Source: an uncultured Acidobacteriota bacterium (GTDB lineage Bacteria > Acidobacteriota > Vicinamibacteria > Fen-336). From it: 64,000 nt of DNA. The DNA is taken from assembly GCA_963831755.1 (NCBI GenBank), contig CAWHRC010000006.1:1832-65831 (forward strand). Direction: 5' to 3'. Position 1 is the first letter of the stretch; each line of letters begins with the position of its first letter. Below, one piece after another: positions 47,840 to 57,506 of the stretch. Made by a program: the position numbers and the translations under genes. The notes under the pieces were generated by a model. The model was given only the letters and a program-made list of their open reading frames with translations. It did not search any database and had not been told where the DNA came from.

Positions 47840-49450
47840 ATGCGGCGCCTGCGCGTCGCCATCGTCGACCTGCTCGAGAAGGGCCCGAGCGGCTCCCTGT
47901 GGGCGAGGGCGATGCAGCCCAACTTCGCGAGCATCATGCCCCAGGTGATCGGGGTGTGGTGCGAGCAGGCGGGACACGAGGTCACCCTCGTCTGCTACAC
48001 CGGCCGCGAGGACCTGACCAGGGAGCTGCCCGACCACCCCGACGTCGTCTTCGTCGCCTCCTACACCCAGACCGCGCACCTGGCGTACGCTCTCAGCCAC
48101 ATCTACCGCCAGCTCGGCGCCGTGACCGTGCTCGGCGGCTCGCACGCGCGCTGCTATCCACACGACGCGGCCGCGTACTTCGACTTCGTCCTGGGCTTCA
48201 CCGATCGAGCGATCGTGGGCGAGGTGCTGCGCGACTGTGCGCAGCACCGGCCCGCCGGGGTGAGGCTCTCCGCCGCGCGGCAGCCGGCCCGGCTGCCCGG
48301 CGTCCGCGAGCGCTGGAAGTTCATCGAGCCGACCATCGCCAAGGCCTCCGCCATCAAGATCGTGCCCATGATCGGCAGCCTGGGCTGCCCCTACACGTGC
48401 AGCTTCTGCATCGACGCCGCGGTGGAGTACCAGCCGCTCGACCGCGGCGAGATCCGCGACGACCTGCGCTTCCTGCTCGGCAAGCTGAAGCGGCCCATGG
48501 TCGGCTGGCACGACCCCAACTTCGGCGTGCGCTTCGACGAGATCATGGCCACGATCGAGGAGGCGGTGCCTCCCGGCCGCATCGACTTCCTGGCCGAGAG
48601 CAGCCTCTCGCTGCTGTCGGAGCCGCACCTGCGGCGTCTCCAGCACAACGGCTTCAAGGCCCTGCTTCCGGGCATCGAGTCCTGGTACTCGCTCGGCGGC
48701 AAGGCGAAGACGGGCAGCCTCACCGGCCGCGAGAAGGTTCGCCAGGTCTCCAGCCACCTGAACATGGTCCTGCGCTACGTGCCCTACGTGCAGGCCAACT
48801 TCGTGCTCGGCCTGGACGACGACGCGGGCGAGGAGCCTTTCGAGCTGACCAAGAGGTTCGTGGACATGACGCCCGGGGTGTTCCCGGCGTACTCGCTGCT
48901 CTCCGCCTTCGGAGAGGCGGCGCCGCTCAACCTCGACCTGCAGCGCGCGCGGCGCGTGCTGCCCACCCCCTTCCACTTCCTCGACAACAACCAGGCGACC
49001 AACGTGCGGCCGAAGAACTACACCTGGCCCGCCCTCTACGACAACATCATCGGTCTGCGCCGGCATTCGTTCTCCTGGCGCGCCATCGGGCGACGGCTGC
49101 GCGCCAACCGTGTCCCCACCGCACGCTGGTTGAACCTCGTGCGAGCCGTCTCCGCGGAGGGCTTCGGACGTATCCGCCACGACTCGACGGTGCGCCGCCT
49201 GCTCGACCACGATCGGCCCGTGCGGGACTTCTTCGAAGGCGAGAGCGAGGTGCTGCCCGCCTTCTACACGGACAAGGTGCGCAAGGACCTCGGCCCGTGG
49301 TGGGATGCCCTTCCGGAGGGTGGGCTTCGCCACGACCAGAACGCGTACCTGAAGGCGCACGATGCGGCCGCCGCCGGCCGGTCGCCGGCCGACGTGCAGG
49401 TGCGCCCGCGCGCGGGCGCCGTGCAGGCTCCCGCTCCGACCCCTTCGTGA
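47840..49450 (+). CDS. Radical SAM protein with a B12-binding-like N-terminal domain
   Basis: The CxxxCxxC cluster is SLGCPYTCSFCID. The N-terminal Rossmann-like VAIVDL...VVFVASYT is present. The ORF is intact at 536 aa from ATG 47840. Confidence 0.75.
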   Translation: MRRLRVAIVDLLEKGPSGSLWARAMQPNFASIMPQVIGVWCEQAGHEVTLVCYTGREDLTRELPDHPDVVFVASYTQTAHLAYALSHIYRQLGAVTVLGGSHARCYPHDAAAYFDFVLGFTDRAIVGEVLRDCAQHRPAGVRLSAARQPARLPGVRERWKFIEPTIAKASAIKIVPMIGSLGCPYTCSFCIDAAVEYQPLDRGEIRDDLRFLLGKLKRPMVGWHDPNFGVRFDEIMATIEEAVPPGRIDFLAESSLSLLSEPHLRRLQHNGFKALLPGIESWYSLGGKAKTGSLTGREKVRQVSSHLNMVLRYVPYVQANFVLGLDDDAGEEPFELTKRFVDMTPGVFPAYSLLSAFGEAAPLNLDLQRARRVLPTPFHFLDNNQATNVRPKNYTWPALYDNIIGLRRHSFSWRAIGRRLRANRVPTARWLNLVRAVSAEGFGRIRHDSTVRRLLDHDRPVRDFFEGESEVLPAFYTDKVRKDLGPWWDALPEGGLRHDQNAYLKAHDAAAAGRSPADVQVRPRAGAVQAPAPTPS

Positions 49451-49460
49451 CGGCATCCGG

Positions 49461-50228
49461 ATGATCCCGCATCCGATTGCACGCTACATGCCGCTGCTCA
49501 TCGCGGGTGACGAGCAGGGGCTGCGCGACCTGTTCACGGGAGTTCCGCATGTCAACGACCCACGTTTGGGCTGGGTGGAGGACTCGCGGTTCGCCGAGTT
49601 CGTGTCCAACAGCCACCGCGGCCTGATCGAGCGGAGGGCGAGCGTCGAGCACGTCACCACCACGGCCGCCGGCTCGGGCGCGACGGAGGAGTGCATCCTC
49701 ACCCTCGTCCGATCGGGCTGTGCAGTGGCACTGCCGGTGGCGATCGCGAGCGACACGTCGCCCGACGCGCTCCTGGTGTCGGTGCGGATCTACCACAGCA
49801 TGAGCCCGCTGCTCGGCGCCCACCTGGTGCGCGGCCCGGTCCTGCCCACCGTCGCCCTGGTGCTGCCCGACGTGGTCGGCCGCTACCTCGACTGCCTGGC
49901 TCGTGGTGATCTGTCGGGCATTCTCGAGCAGTTCTCGCCCGGGGGCGAGCTGCGCGAGGCGAGTGGCCCGGCGGCCCTGCATCGAGGCGTCGACGCCCTG
50001 TGCCGCTACTTCACCGTCCTCTTCTCGAACGGCGGCGGGCTCGGGCTCGAGCACTGCTCGATCAACGACGCGGGCGCCTCCTGCGCCCTCGAGTACGTGG
50101 TCACGGCGTGGGGTCGCTCGGCCCTTCCGCGCCAGGCCGCCGCGTCGGTGTTCGACCGCGCGGACACGGGGCTGCTGGCGGCGGTCCGGATGTACGACGA
50201 CCTCCGGCACCCGCTGGCGCACGCCTGA
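49461..50228 (+). CDS. Tandem NTF2/SnoaL-like domain protein
   Basis: There are two similar halves (…LIAGDEQGLRDLFTG… and …LARGDLSGILEQFSPGGEL…). It starts 11 nt after the radical SAM stop. Confidence 0.5.
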   Translation: MIPHPIARYMPLLIAGDEQGLRDLFTGVPHVNDPRLGWVEDSRFAEFVSNSHRGLIERRASVEHVTTTAAGSGATEECILTLVRSGCAVALPVAIASDTSPDALLVSVRIYHSMSPLLGAHLVRGPVLPTVALVLPDVVGRYLDCLARGDLSGILEQFSPGGELREASGPAALHRGVDALCRYFTVLFSNGGGLGLEHCSINDAGASCALEYVVTAWGRSALPRQAAASVFDRADTGLLAAVRMYDDLRHPLAHA

Positions 50229-50394
50229 CCGGCGCCTCCCCCGACTCGACGAAATCGACTCCCTCGTCTGGTCCGCTCCGGGACGACTAGTTCCACTCCC
50301 GGACGATTTGACACGGTCCGGTATACTTTCGAGATTCGTATGATATCCGTCTGACACAACCAGCGTTCTTGGATCTCGACTCGGGAGGGGAGCC

Positions 50395-50784
50395 ATGACA
50401 GGTCCGCAGGTGGTCGAGCAGGTGCATCCGCAGAAGCGCGAGCACCAACGCTACGAAGTCACGATCCCGGTCGACTGCTCGACCAAGCACCTGTTCGTCG
50501 CCAACCACGTGAGCAACATCAGCAGGGGCGGGCTGTTCCTGCGCTCGGACGATCCGCTCCCCCTCGAGACGGAGGTGGCGCTCGTGCTGCGTCTGCCCGA
50601 CGCCGGGCAGAGCATCCGAGCCACCGGCCGCGTCGTGTGGAACTACGACCTGCAGAAGGGAACGAGCCGGATCGTGCCCGGGTCGGGCATCCGCTTCGTG
50701 GACATGTCACCGGCGGACCGGGTGACGCTCGAACGCTACATCGACCGTCTGGCCCGGCGCGCCGGGTCGGCCCCTACAAGCTAG
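50395..50784 (+). CDS. PilZ-domain protein
   Basis: An RxxxR-like KREHQRY and the D/N-x-S-x-x-G motif NISRGGLFL are present; 129 aa. Confidence 0.8.
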   Translation: MTGPQVVEQVHPQKREHQRYEVTIPVDCSTKHLFVANHVSNISRGGLFLRSDDPLPLETEVALVLRLPDAGQSIRATGRVVWNYDLQKGTSRIVPGSGIRFVDMSPADRVTLERYIDRLARRAGSAPTS

Positions 50785-50942
50785 GGAGCCTGCGTCTTCG
50801 GCGTGGGCTTCGGCATGCCGCTGCCGTCGTCGCAGAGGCTGGGGGTCGGGATCACCGTCGGGGTGGCACGGCTCGCCTCGTAGACGTCGAGGCTCACGAG
50901 GATCAGGCCCGTCGCCAGAAGTGTCAGCCAGAATGCACGCAT
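50781..50942 (-). CDS. Small secreted/membrane peptide (53 aa), hypothetical
   Basis: Sequence is MRAFWLTLLATGLILVSL..., preceded by a GGAGG RBS. Evidence is ORF and RBS only. Confidence 0.35.
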   Translation of the reverse strand: MRAFWLTLLATGLILVSLDVYEASRATPTVIPTPSLCDDGSGMPKPTPKTQAP

Positions 50943-51066
50943 TTCGAACCTCCTCAAAGGGGGGCGGTCCCAGGTCCGCCCGTATAGCGCATGGATATCA
51001 CGTTCGCGCCCGACTGGAGCATCAATTCTCTGGATTTGCCTGGTCTCCTGGACTATATTCCAGGCC

Positions 51067-51663
51067 GTGAACACTCTCGACTCGATGTTGGCGCTCCTGG
51101 TCTCGGACGATCCGCGGCGTGCCGCGGACCGCATCCTCTCCCGCCTCATACAGATCCACCAGGCCCGTGGCGGGGCGATCCTGCGCCCGCGCCAGGGCCA
51201 GATGGAGGTGTGGCTCAGCTCCGGGCTGTCTCTGGCCGGCCTCGCCGAGCTGCCCGTGCGCTGGGCCGATCACAGCCACGCGCTGGCCGAGGGACGGGCC
51301 GTGGTCGAGCCCGGCTTCGCGCTCCTGCCCGCGATGCTCGAGTCCGAGATGGCGGCGGCGCTCTACCTGGCCCAGCCCGAGGGCCTCGCCGTCAGCGATG
51401 CCCGGGTCTTCGGCACCGCCATCGCGCAGGCCGTGCGGGCCGCCGAGAGCGGGCCGGCCGCGCCGCGCCCCCCGGACGTGAGCCCGACGGAAGAGGCCAA
51501 GTTGCAGCTGCTCTCGCTCCTCGAGCGGAACGAGTGGAACCTGGCGAAGGTCGCCCGCCTCATGGGAGTGACGCGCCGCACCGTCTACCTGCGGCTGCGC
51601 AGCTTCGGCATCGAGCGGCGCCACGTCCCCAAGCTGTACAAGAAGCTGCCCGCCGTCGGATGA
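51067..51663 (+). CDS. Fis-type HTH regulator with an uncharacterised N-terminal sensor-like domain
   Basis: The C-terminus is LLSLLERNEWNLAKVARLMGVTRRTVYLRLRSFGI. The start is GTG. Confidence 0.7.
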   Translation: MNTLDSMLALLVSDDPRRAADRILSRLIQIHQARGGAILRPRQGQMEVWLSSGLSLAGLAELPVRWADHSHALAEGRAVVEPGFALLPAMLESEMAAALYLAQPEGLAVSDARVFGTAIAQAVRAAESGPAAPRPPDVSPTEEAKLQLLSLLERNEWNLAKVARLMGVTRRTVYLRLRSFGIERRHVPKLYKKLPAVG

Positions 51664-52334
51664 TCGGGGCCCAGCTGGTCCTCGCTCATGCGAACAAGAT
51701 CTTCATGGTGGCGCTGCTCGCGGGTATGGTCTGGCGTGGGCGCCTCGGCCAGTGCTGGGCCTTCTCCGCTTACGTCGTGGCGGCCTTGCTCGGCAACGCG
51801 CTGGCCTCGTTCTGGCCCGAGCGGTTCTTCACGCCGTCCTTCTGGATGTTCAAGCAGGCGATCTACGACGGGCTGAAGATGGCGATCGGGCTCGAGCTCG
51901 CCTACCGTGCGTTCGCCGCGTTTCCCGGCGCCTGGCGCACCGCGCGTCTGGTCCTGCTCGCGATCCTTGCCGTCAGCACCTTGATCCTGGCCTTCTTCAC
52001 ACCGCGCGCCTCCTACGAGACGGTTTGGGACTGGCAGCCCAGCATCCTCACGGCGGCCGTGTGGCTGCTCACCGCCACCGCGCTGATCGTCACCTGGTAC
52101 CAGCTTCCGATCGGGTACTGGCCGCGCGTGATCATGCTCGGCCTCGCCCCTTACCTGTTGACCTTCGCGACGGTCCTGCGCCTGATCCAGCGGCGGGGCG
52201 GGTCCGTCGAGTGGGTGGGCCTGCTCGACTCCGTGGCCTGGCTGGCGCTGATGGGCTTCTGGGTCTACACTGCGTGGGGTCGTAACGGCGGTGGTGACGC
52301 CGCCCAGATCGGCCCGGTGACCGCCGATGTTTGA
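51660..52334 (+). CDS. Polytopic membrane protein, hypothetical
   Basis: The ATG overlaps the upstream TGA (ATGA). At least 6 hydrophobic helices are present (IFMVALLAGMVW, AFSAYVVAALLG, LVLLAILAVSTLILAFF, AAVWLLTATALIV...). Confidence 0.6.
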   Translation: MIGAQLVLAHANKIFMVALLAGMVWRGRLGQCWAFSAYVVAALLGNALASFWPERFFTPSFWMFKQAIYDGLKMAIGLELAYRAFAAFPGAWRTARLVLLAILAVSTLILAFFTPRASYETVWDWQPSILTAAVWLLTATALIVTWYQLPIGYWPRVIMLGLAPYLLTFATVLRLIQRRGGSVEWVGLLDSVAWLALMGFWVYTAWGRNGGGDAAQIGPVTADV

Positions 52335-53013
52335 AATTGCCGCCTGCGTCCTCGGCTGCGGTCTGCTGTGCTACTCGCTCGGCCGCTACGACCGCAAAGC
52401 CACGCTGCGCCGCTGGCACTTCGTGCTCAACCTCCCGGCGCGGCGGGCGGTCGCGGCCCTGCGCCAGCAGATGGAGCTCGAGCAGGCGCTCGCCCGTCAG
52501 GCGCTCGCGGCGGCGTCGCGGGCACGCGATGCCGGACGACTGGAGGACGCCGTCGCCGTGCTGCGGGCGGCGGTGGGTGTTCTCGAGGAGGCGGGCGCCG
52601 ACCGCCTGACGCGCCTGCGCGCGATGCGCGTCTACTCGCGGATGGTGCGCGCGATCCAGCCGCTGCCGTCGCCCTCGTCGCAGCCGTTCCGGGATCGCCA
52701 GCTCCGCCTGCTCGCCTCCGCCACCGCGCTCGGCCAGCGTTTCCTGGTGGGCGGCGTCGAGCGCTTCCGCCTGTTGCTGTTGATGCTGTGCTTCGGCGTG
52801 CGGATCGTCGTGCATTGCGCCCGGCGCTCGAGCGCCGAGCTCACGCGCACGCCCGAGCAAGCGCGGCCCTGGCGGCGATTCAGCGACGGGCTCGAGGACT
52901 TCGCCACCCTCGACGCGTCCCACCTGGCGGCGTTCGAGGCCCTGTCGGCCTCTCTCGCGGCGATCGAGACGGCCAGCCGCATCCGCCTCTGGGACACGAT
53001 CGTCAACCCCTAG
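52327..53013 (+). CDS. Hypothetical protein with an N-terminal anchor
   Basis: 228-aa ORF overlapping the previous gene by 8 nt. The N-terminus is MFEIAACVLGCGLLCYSL. The family is not recognised. Confidence 0.45.
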   Translation: MFEIAACVLGCGLLCYSLGRYDRKATLRRWHFVLNLPARRAVAALRQQMELEQALARQALAAASRARDAGRLEDAVAVLRAAVGVLEEAGADRLTRLRAMRVYSRMVRAIQPLPSPSSQPFRDRQLRLLASATALGQRFLVGGVERFRLLLLMLCFGVRIVVHCARRSSAELTRTPEQARPWRRFSDGLEDFATLDASHLAAFEALSASLAAIETASRIRLWDTIVNP

Positions 53014-53093
53014 AGTAGAGCGGCGCCGCATCGAGTAGAGCGGCGCCGCGCCCCGGTCGATTCCGGGTGCTCGTCGGGGTCCCGCGAGCCTCT

Positions 53094-54320
53094 CTAGTCG
53101 GAGTCCCGGTCGTGTTCGTGGTGATGCCGGCCGTGCCTGACGCGCGGCCAGACGAGTGCCCCCGAGTTGCCCGGCGTCGGGGTCGGCGTGGTGCCGACGA
53201 CCTGGCCCTTCTCCGAGATCTGCTCGGGGCTCGTGAAGTCGACGCCCGCGGGCTGTGCCAGCAGCGTCACGTTCCAGCGACCCCGCAAGAACTCCCACAG
53301 CACGCCCTGTGCGGAGATCGTCCGGTTGGCGGCGTCGCGAACGAGGGCCGTGCCCACCACCACACCGTGCGAGTTCACGTCACGGGCGTAGGCGTCCGTG
53401 AAGCCCACGGGGACCGGAAGCTCGAACGGCCTGCGGTACCACCAGCCGCGGCGCGCCCAGCCGAGCGGGCGGCTGATCGTGGGCTGGCCGGTCACGATCA
53501 GGTCGCCACGCGCCACGACGTCGCCGCGCTCGTTGATCGACGGGTTCTGCTTGAAGGGCAGGTCGTCGCGGCCGCCGAGGATGAGGGGCTCGGACTCGCA
53601 GGCCGAGGAGTGGCGGTGGGGCCGCCGCCAGACCACGACCTCGGAGCGCAGGCGCAACCCGCCGGCGCCGTCGCTCTCGGTGCGGTTCGCCGTGCCGACC
53701 ACGTCGCCGGCCTCGTTCACGTCGAAGGCCGTGCTGGTGTCGAAGCCCTCCGGGACGCCCAGGTCGCAGGTGTCGAGCCCGCCCCAGCCCAGCCTCCACG
53801 AGACCGCATGCCGCAGCGCGACGCCGTTCGTGACCTCCGACGGGTTGAGCGCCTCCCCGACGACCTGGCCGCGCAGGCTTGCGGAGAAGGCACGGGCGTC
53901 GGTGAAGCCTGGAGGCGGCTCGAGGTCCACCGGGACACGCTGCCCGGAGGGGTCGGGGCGCCAGATCACCGCGCGAAAGCGGGCAGCCCCCGGGATCGGT
54001 ATGTAGGAAAAGCCGATCGGGATCCGTCCGGCCGCGAAGTTCCGCGCGTCCGAGCGGTCGAAGCCCGGCAGGGGAGGCAGGGCCTCGATGGCGTAGTGGC
54101 CGCGGCCGTGCCGCCGCCACAGCACCGCTTCTTCAACCGGCTCGGCGCCGACCCGCGCCGCCTGGCCCACGACGTCGCCGCGCTCGTTGAGCCCCTTGGC
54201 GCGGCCGAACTGGTAGTCCGTCAGGGTCCCGAGATCGACGGGTTCCTGGGCCCCGGCGGCCCCGACTACAGTGGCGAGGGCAAACGAAACCCCCAGAATC
54301 CGGCCCACGGACAGCCTCAT
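53094..54320 (-). CDS. Secreted repeat protein (HAF-family-like extracellular repeats) with a His-rich C-terminus
   Basis: The signal peptide is MRLSVGRILGVSFALATVVGAAGA (GGAGG RBS). Six [IV]N-x-x-G-x-VVG repeats are present (LNERGDVVGQ, VNEAGDVVGT, INERGDVVAR, VNSHGVVVGT, ISEKGQVVGT, SLRGQVVGE). The tail is RHGRHHHEHDRDSD. Confidence 0.65.
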   Translation of the reverse strand: MRLSVGRILGVSFALATVVGAAGAQEPVDLGTLTDYQFGRAKGLNERGDVVGQAARVGAEPVEEAVLWRRHGRGHYAIEALPPLPGFDRSDARNFAAGRIPIGFSYIPIPGAARFRAVIWRPDPSGQRVPVDLEPPPGFTDARAFSASLRGQVVGEALNPSEVTNGVALRHAVSWRLGWGGLDTCDLGVPEGFDTSTAFDVNEAGDVVGTANRTESDGAGGLRLRSEVVVWRRPHRHSSACESEPLILGGRDDLPFKQNPSINERGDVVARGDLIVTGQPTISRPLGWARRGWWYRRPFELPVPVGFTDAYARDVNSHGVVVGTALVRDAANRTISAQGVLWEFLRGRWNVTLLAQPAGVDFTSPEQISEKGQVVGTTPTPTPGNSGALVWPRVRHGRHHHEHDRDSD

Positions 54321-54508
54321 CGGCTCCTCCTGGCCAAAACCGTTGCGAACCGCAGGACGGTCCCGGTCCGGGGAGGGCCGGATTCCGGCACCGATACCAC
54401 GAACGTCCGCCAATTGTACCCCCTCGGGCAAGGGCCGCCAGGACTTGCGTCACAGCCGCCCCGGGATCCTTGCGGGACCGAGGCGCTTGTACTAGGGTTC
54501 TGGGCCGC

Positions 54509-55273
54509 ATGAGCCCGATCCCGGACATCCTCTCGCTGGCGGGCCGCGTCGCGGTGGTGACGGGGGCCGGCCGGGGCGTCGGCGCGGCCACGGCGCGCGC
54601 GCTCGCGCGAGAGGGCGCGTGCGTGGCCCTCGTCGACTGCGATGCCGCGGGTGTCACCCAGACGGCCGAGCAGATCGGCCTCTCGGGCGGCGAGGCGCTG
54701 CCGTTCACGACCGACGTGACCGACGCCTTCGCGGTCGAGCGCACGTTCGACCGGGTTGCGGAGGAGTGGGGCCGGCTGGACATCCTGGTCAACAACGCAG
54801 GCGTCCTCCGGGAGGCGCCGCTCGAGGAGCTCACGGAAGAGGACCTGCATGAGGTGCTGGACGTCAACCTGCGCGGGGCGATGGTGTGCGCGCGCGCGGC
54901 GGTCCCGCATATGTCGCGCCGGCGGCACGGCCGCATCCTCTGCGCGGCCTCCGTCTCGACGCGCCTCGGCGCGCACGGCCTGACCGCGTACTCCGCGGCG
55001 AAGGCGGGCATCGTCGGCATGACCCGCACCTGGGCGCGCGAGCTCGGCCCGCTCGGGATCACCGCCAACTGCGTCGCGCCCGGCCTGATCGACACGGACA
55101 CGGTGCGCGCCGTGCCCGCCGCCGAGCTCGAGGCGACGCTGGCCCGGATCCCGGCGGGCCGGCTGGGCACGCCGGACGAGGTGGCGAACGTGTACCTGTT
55201 CTTGGCGGGCGACCTCGCAGCGTTCGTGAACGGCGCCGTCGTCGGCGTCGACGGCGGGCTGCTCCTCTACTGA
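54509..55273 (+). CDS. SDR-family oxidoreductase (FabG-like)
   Basis: Sequence is VAVVTGAGRGVGAA...NNAG...YSAAKAG...PGLIDTD. Confidence 0.85.
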   Translation: MSPIPDILSLAGRVAVVTGAGRGVGAATARALAREGACVALVDCDAAGVTQTAEQIGLSGGEALPFTTDVTDAFAVERTFDRVAEEWGRLDILVNNAGVLREAPLEELTEEDLHEVLDVNLRGAMVCARAAVPHMSRRRHGRILCAASVSTRLGAHGLTAYSAAKAGIVGMTRTWARELGPLGITANCVAPGLIDTDTVRAVPAAELEATLARIPAGRLGTPDEVANVYLFLAGDLAAFVNGAVVGVDGGLLLY

Positions 55274-55752
55274 CGGCCGGCGGCGCCGCGCAGCTCGCGG
55301 CGCGTCTCGCGCTCCTCGTCGCGCCTGCGGATCGCCTCCCGCTTGTCGTGCGCGTGCTTGCCGCGGGCGAGGCCGATCTCCAGCTTGACGCGGCCGTTCT
55401 TCAGGTAGGCGCGCAGCGGGACGAGCGTCAGCCCGCGCTCGCTGACACGCCCGCCGAGCCTGCGGATCTCGCTGCGGTGCAGCAGCAGCTTGCGCTCGCG
55501 GTCGGGGCGGTGGTTCATCAGGTTGCCGTGGCTGTAGGGCGCGACGCGGCAGCCCACCAGCACCATCTCGCCCGAGCGCAGCTCCACCCACGAGTCGCTG
55601 AAGTTCAGCCCTCCGTCGCGGATCGACTTCACCTCGGTGCCGACGAGGGCGATCCCGGCCTCGGCCCGCTCGAGCACCTCGTAGTGGAACAGCGCCTTGC
55701 GGTTCGTCGCCAGGACCTGCTCGCCGGCTGCCGCCTTGGCCATGGCGTCCAT
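55267..55752 (-). CDS. smpB: SsrA-binding protein SmpB
   Basis: Sequence is ATNRKALFHYEVLERAEAGIALVGTEVKSIR...LLLHRSEI...GLTLVPLRAYLKNGRVKLEIGLARGKHAHDKRE. Confidence 0.9.
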   Translation of the reverse strand: MDAMAKAAAGEQVLATNRKALFHYEVLERAEAGIALVGTEVKSIRDGGLNFSDSWVELRSGEMVLVGCRVAPYSHGNLMNHRPDRERKLLLHRSEIRRLGGRVSERGLTLVPLRAYLKNGRVKLEIGLARGKHAHDKREAIRRRDEERETRRELRGAAGRQ

Positions 55753-55835
55753 GTTACCCGAGGCCGTGGCGACACAACGTTTTACCGGACGCGGCCCGAG
55801 CCGCGCCCTCGGCGCAATGCTACAGTTTCGCCAGC

Positions 55836-57506
55836 ATGTCGGACCTGCAGAACCGGCTGGCGGGCGTGTCGGACTCGCGCGGCCGCATCATCTCGATCTT
55901 CCTGGGCGCGGTCCTGCTGCCCTCGATCGCGCTGTCCGTGATGTCGTTCAACGCGGTGCCGAAGCACAGCGAGTACCTCAGGATGAGCCTGCTGCAGCAG
56001 GCCGACCAGCTGCTCTACTACGTCGAGCAGAACCTCGAGGCAGCGACCCGGCGCAAGGCCCTGCAGGCCGCGCGCGCGGTGGGTCCCGAGCGCCTGCTCG
56101 AGGGCCGGCCGGCCGAGATCCGCGCGGCGCTGCGCGAGGCCGGCCTGGCCGACGTGAGGTTCGACACCTTCCGGCTCGAGGCCTGGTCGAAGGCGCGCCT
56201 CGGCGAGACGCAGCCCTCGCCCGGCCGCGCCGAGATGCGGGCGCTCAACGAGGCGCTGGGCGGCATCGAGCCGCGCACCGGCGCCGCCCGCGAGGGGGAG
56301 GACTCGGTGCCGCTGACGACGCCCGCCGGCGAGGAGCTCGGCGTCGTGCGCTTCCGCTTCTCCTGCGACTACGCCCACAAGCAGCTGGTGCGTGACTTCT
56401 TCGAGCACGAGTTCGTCAACCCGCAGCACGCGTGGGTGATCCGCGTCAGCGAGCCGGACGGCCGGGTGCTGTACGAGAACGGGACCACCCGCAGCAGCGA
56501 GAACTTCGAGGTCAAGCGGGTGATGTCCTCGCCCTCCTTCGAGGGCATCAAGCTGGAGCTGCGCTACCGCGACCGCTCGATCGCGCAGGAGGTGCGGCGG
56601 CTGGCGCTGGCCAAGACGGCGCTGATCGGCTTCATCGACGTGATGCTGGCGGCCGGGCTGGCCCTGGTGTGGGCGAACGTGCGCCGCGAGCTGCGCTTGT
56701 CGCGGCTCAAGAGCGATTTCGTCGCCAACGTCAGCCACGAGCTGAAGACGCCGCTGGCCCTGATCCGGCTGTTCGCCGAGACCCTGGAGCTGGGGCGCGT
56801 GCCCAGCGAGGACAAGGCCCGCCAGTACCACCGGATCATCAACAAGGAGAGCCGGCGCCTGACGCAGCTGATCAACAACATCCTGGACTTCTCGCGGATC
56901 GAGGCGGGGCGCAAGGAGTACCGCTTCCAGCCGGGCGACGTGGGCGCGGTCGTGCGCGACGTGATCGACGCCTACCGCTTCCCGATCGAGCAGCAGGGCT
57001 TCGCGCTGGAGGTCGAGCTGGCCGACGACCTGCCCGAGCTGCAGATCGACGCCGAGGCGCTCTCGCAGGCCCTGATCAACCTGATCAACAACGCGATCAA
57101 GTACAGCCCCGAGAACCGGCAGCTGCTGGTGCGCGCGCGCCGCGAGGGCGAGCGGGTGCTGGTGTCGGTGTCCGACCGCGGGATCGGCATCCCGCGGGCG
57201 GAGCAGAAGAAGATCTTCGAGAAGTTCTACCGGGCGGAGAGCAGCCTGATCCACGCCACGAAGGGCAGCGGGCTCGGGCTCACGCTGGTGCGCCACATCA
57301 TGGAAGCGCACGGCGGCAGCGTGGAGCTCAACAGCACGCCGGGCGAGGGCAGCACGTTCACGCTGGTGCTGCCGGTCGGCCCCCAGGCGGCCGCGGGGCA
57401 ACCGCTGAGCGCGGCGCGCCGCGCTACGATCGCCCGGCGGGCGGCGGCGCCGCACACGGGTCAGGGACGTCCTCACGGGGAAGCGTCGACACAGGAACAC
57501 TCATGA
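55836..57506 (+). CDS. Membrane sensor histidine kinase (HisKA + HATPase_c)
   Basis: Two TM segments are present. The H-box is FVANVSHELKTPL, the N-box NLINNAIKYS, G1 DRGIGI and G2 GSGLGL. Confidence 0.9.
   Translation: MSDLQNRLAGVSDSRGRIISIFLGAVLLPSIALSVMSFNAVPKHSEYLRMSLLQQADQLLYYVEQNLEAATRRKALQAARAVGPERLLEGRPAEIRAALREAGLADVRFDTFRLEAWSKARLGETQPSPGRAEMRALNEALGGIEPRTGAAREGEDSVPLTTPAGEELGVVRFRFSCDYAHKQLVRDFFEHEFVNPQHAWVIRVSEPDGRVLYENGTTRSSENFEVKRVMSSPSFEGIKLELRYRDRSIAQEVRRLALAKTALIGFIDVMLAAGLALVWANVRRELRLSRLKSDFVANVSHELKTPLALIRLFAETLELGRVPSEDKARQYHRIINKESRRLTQLINNILDFSRIEAGRKEYRFQPGDVGAVVRDVIDAYRFPIEQQGFALEVELADDLPELQIDAEALSQALINLINNAIKYSPENRQLLVRARREGERVLVSVSDRGIGIPRAEQKKIFEKFYRAESSLIHATKGSGLGLTLVRHIMEAHGGSVELNSTPGEGSTFTLVLPVGPQAAAGQPLSAARRATIARRAAAPHTGQGRPHGEASTQEHS

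Noticed and set aside
47747-49456. 569-aa minus-strand ORF, together with the 521-aa plus-strand ORF at 47899..49464.
   Set aside because: Both are alternative frames over the radical SAM gene. Only the frame starting at 47840 contains the CxxxCxxC cluster and non-repetitive sequence.
55782-57500. 572-aa minus-strand ORF.
   Set aside because: It is antisense to the histidine kinase gene, which has H, N, G1 and G2 boxes on the plus strand.
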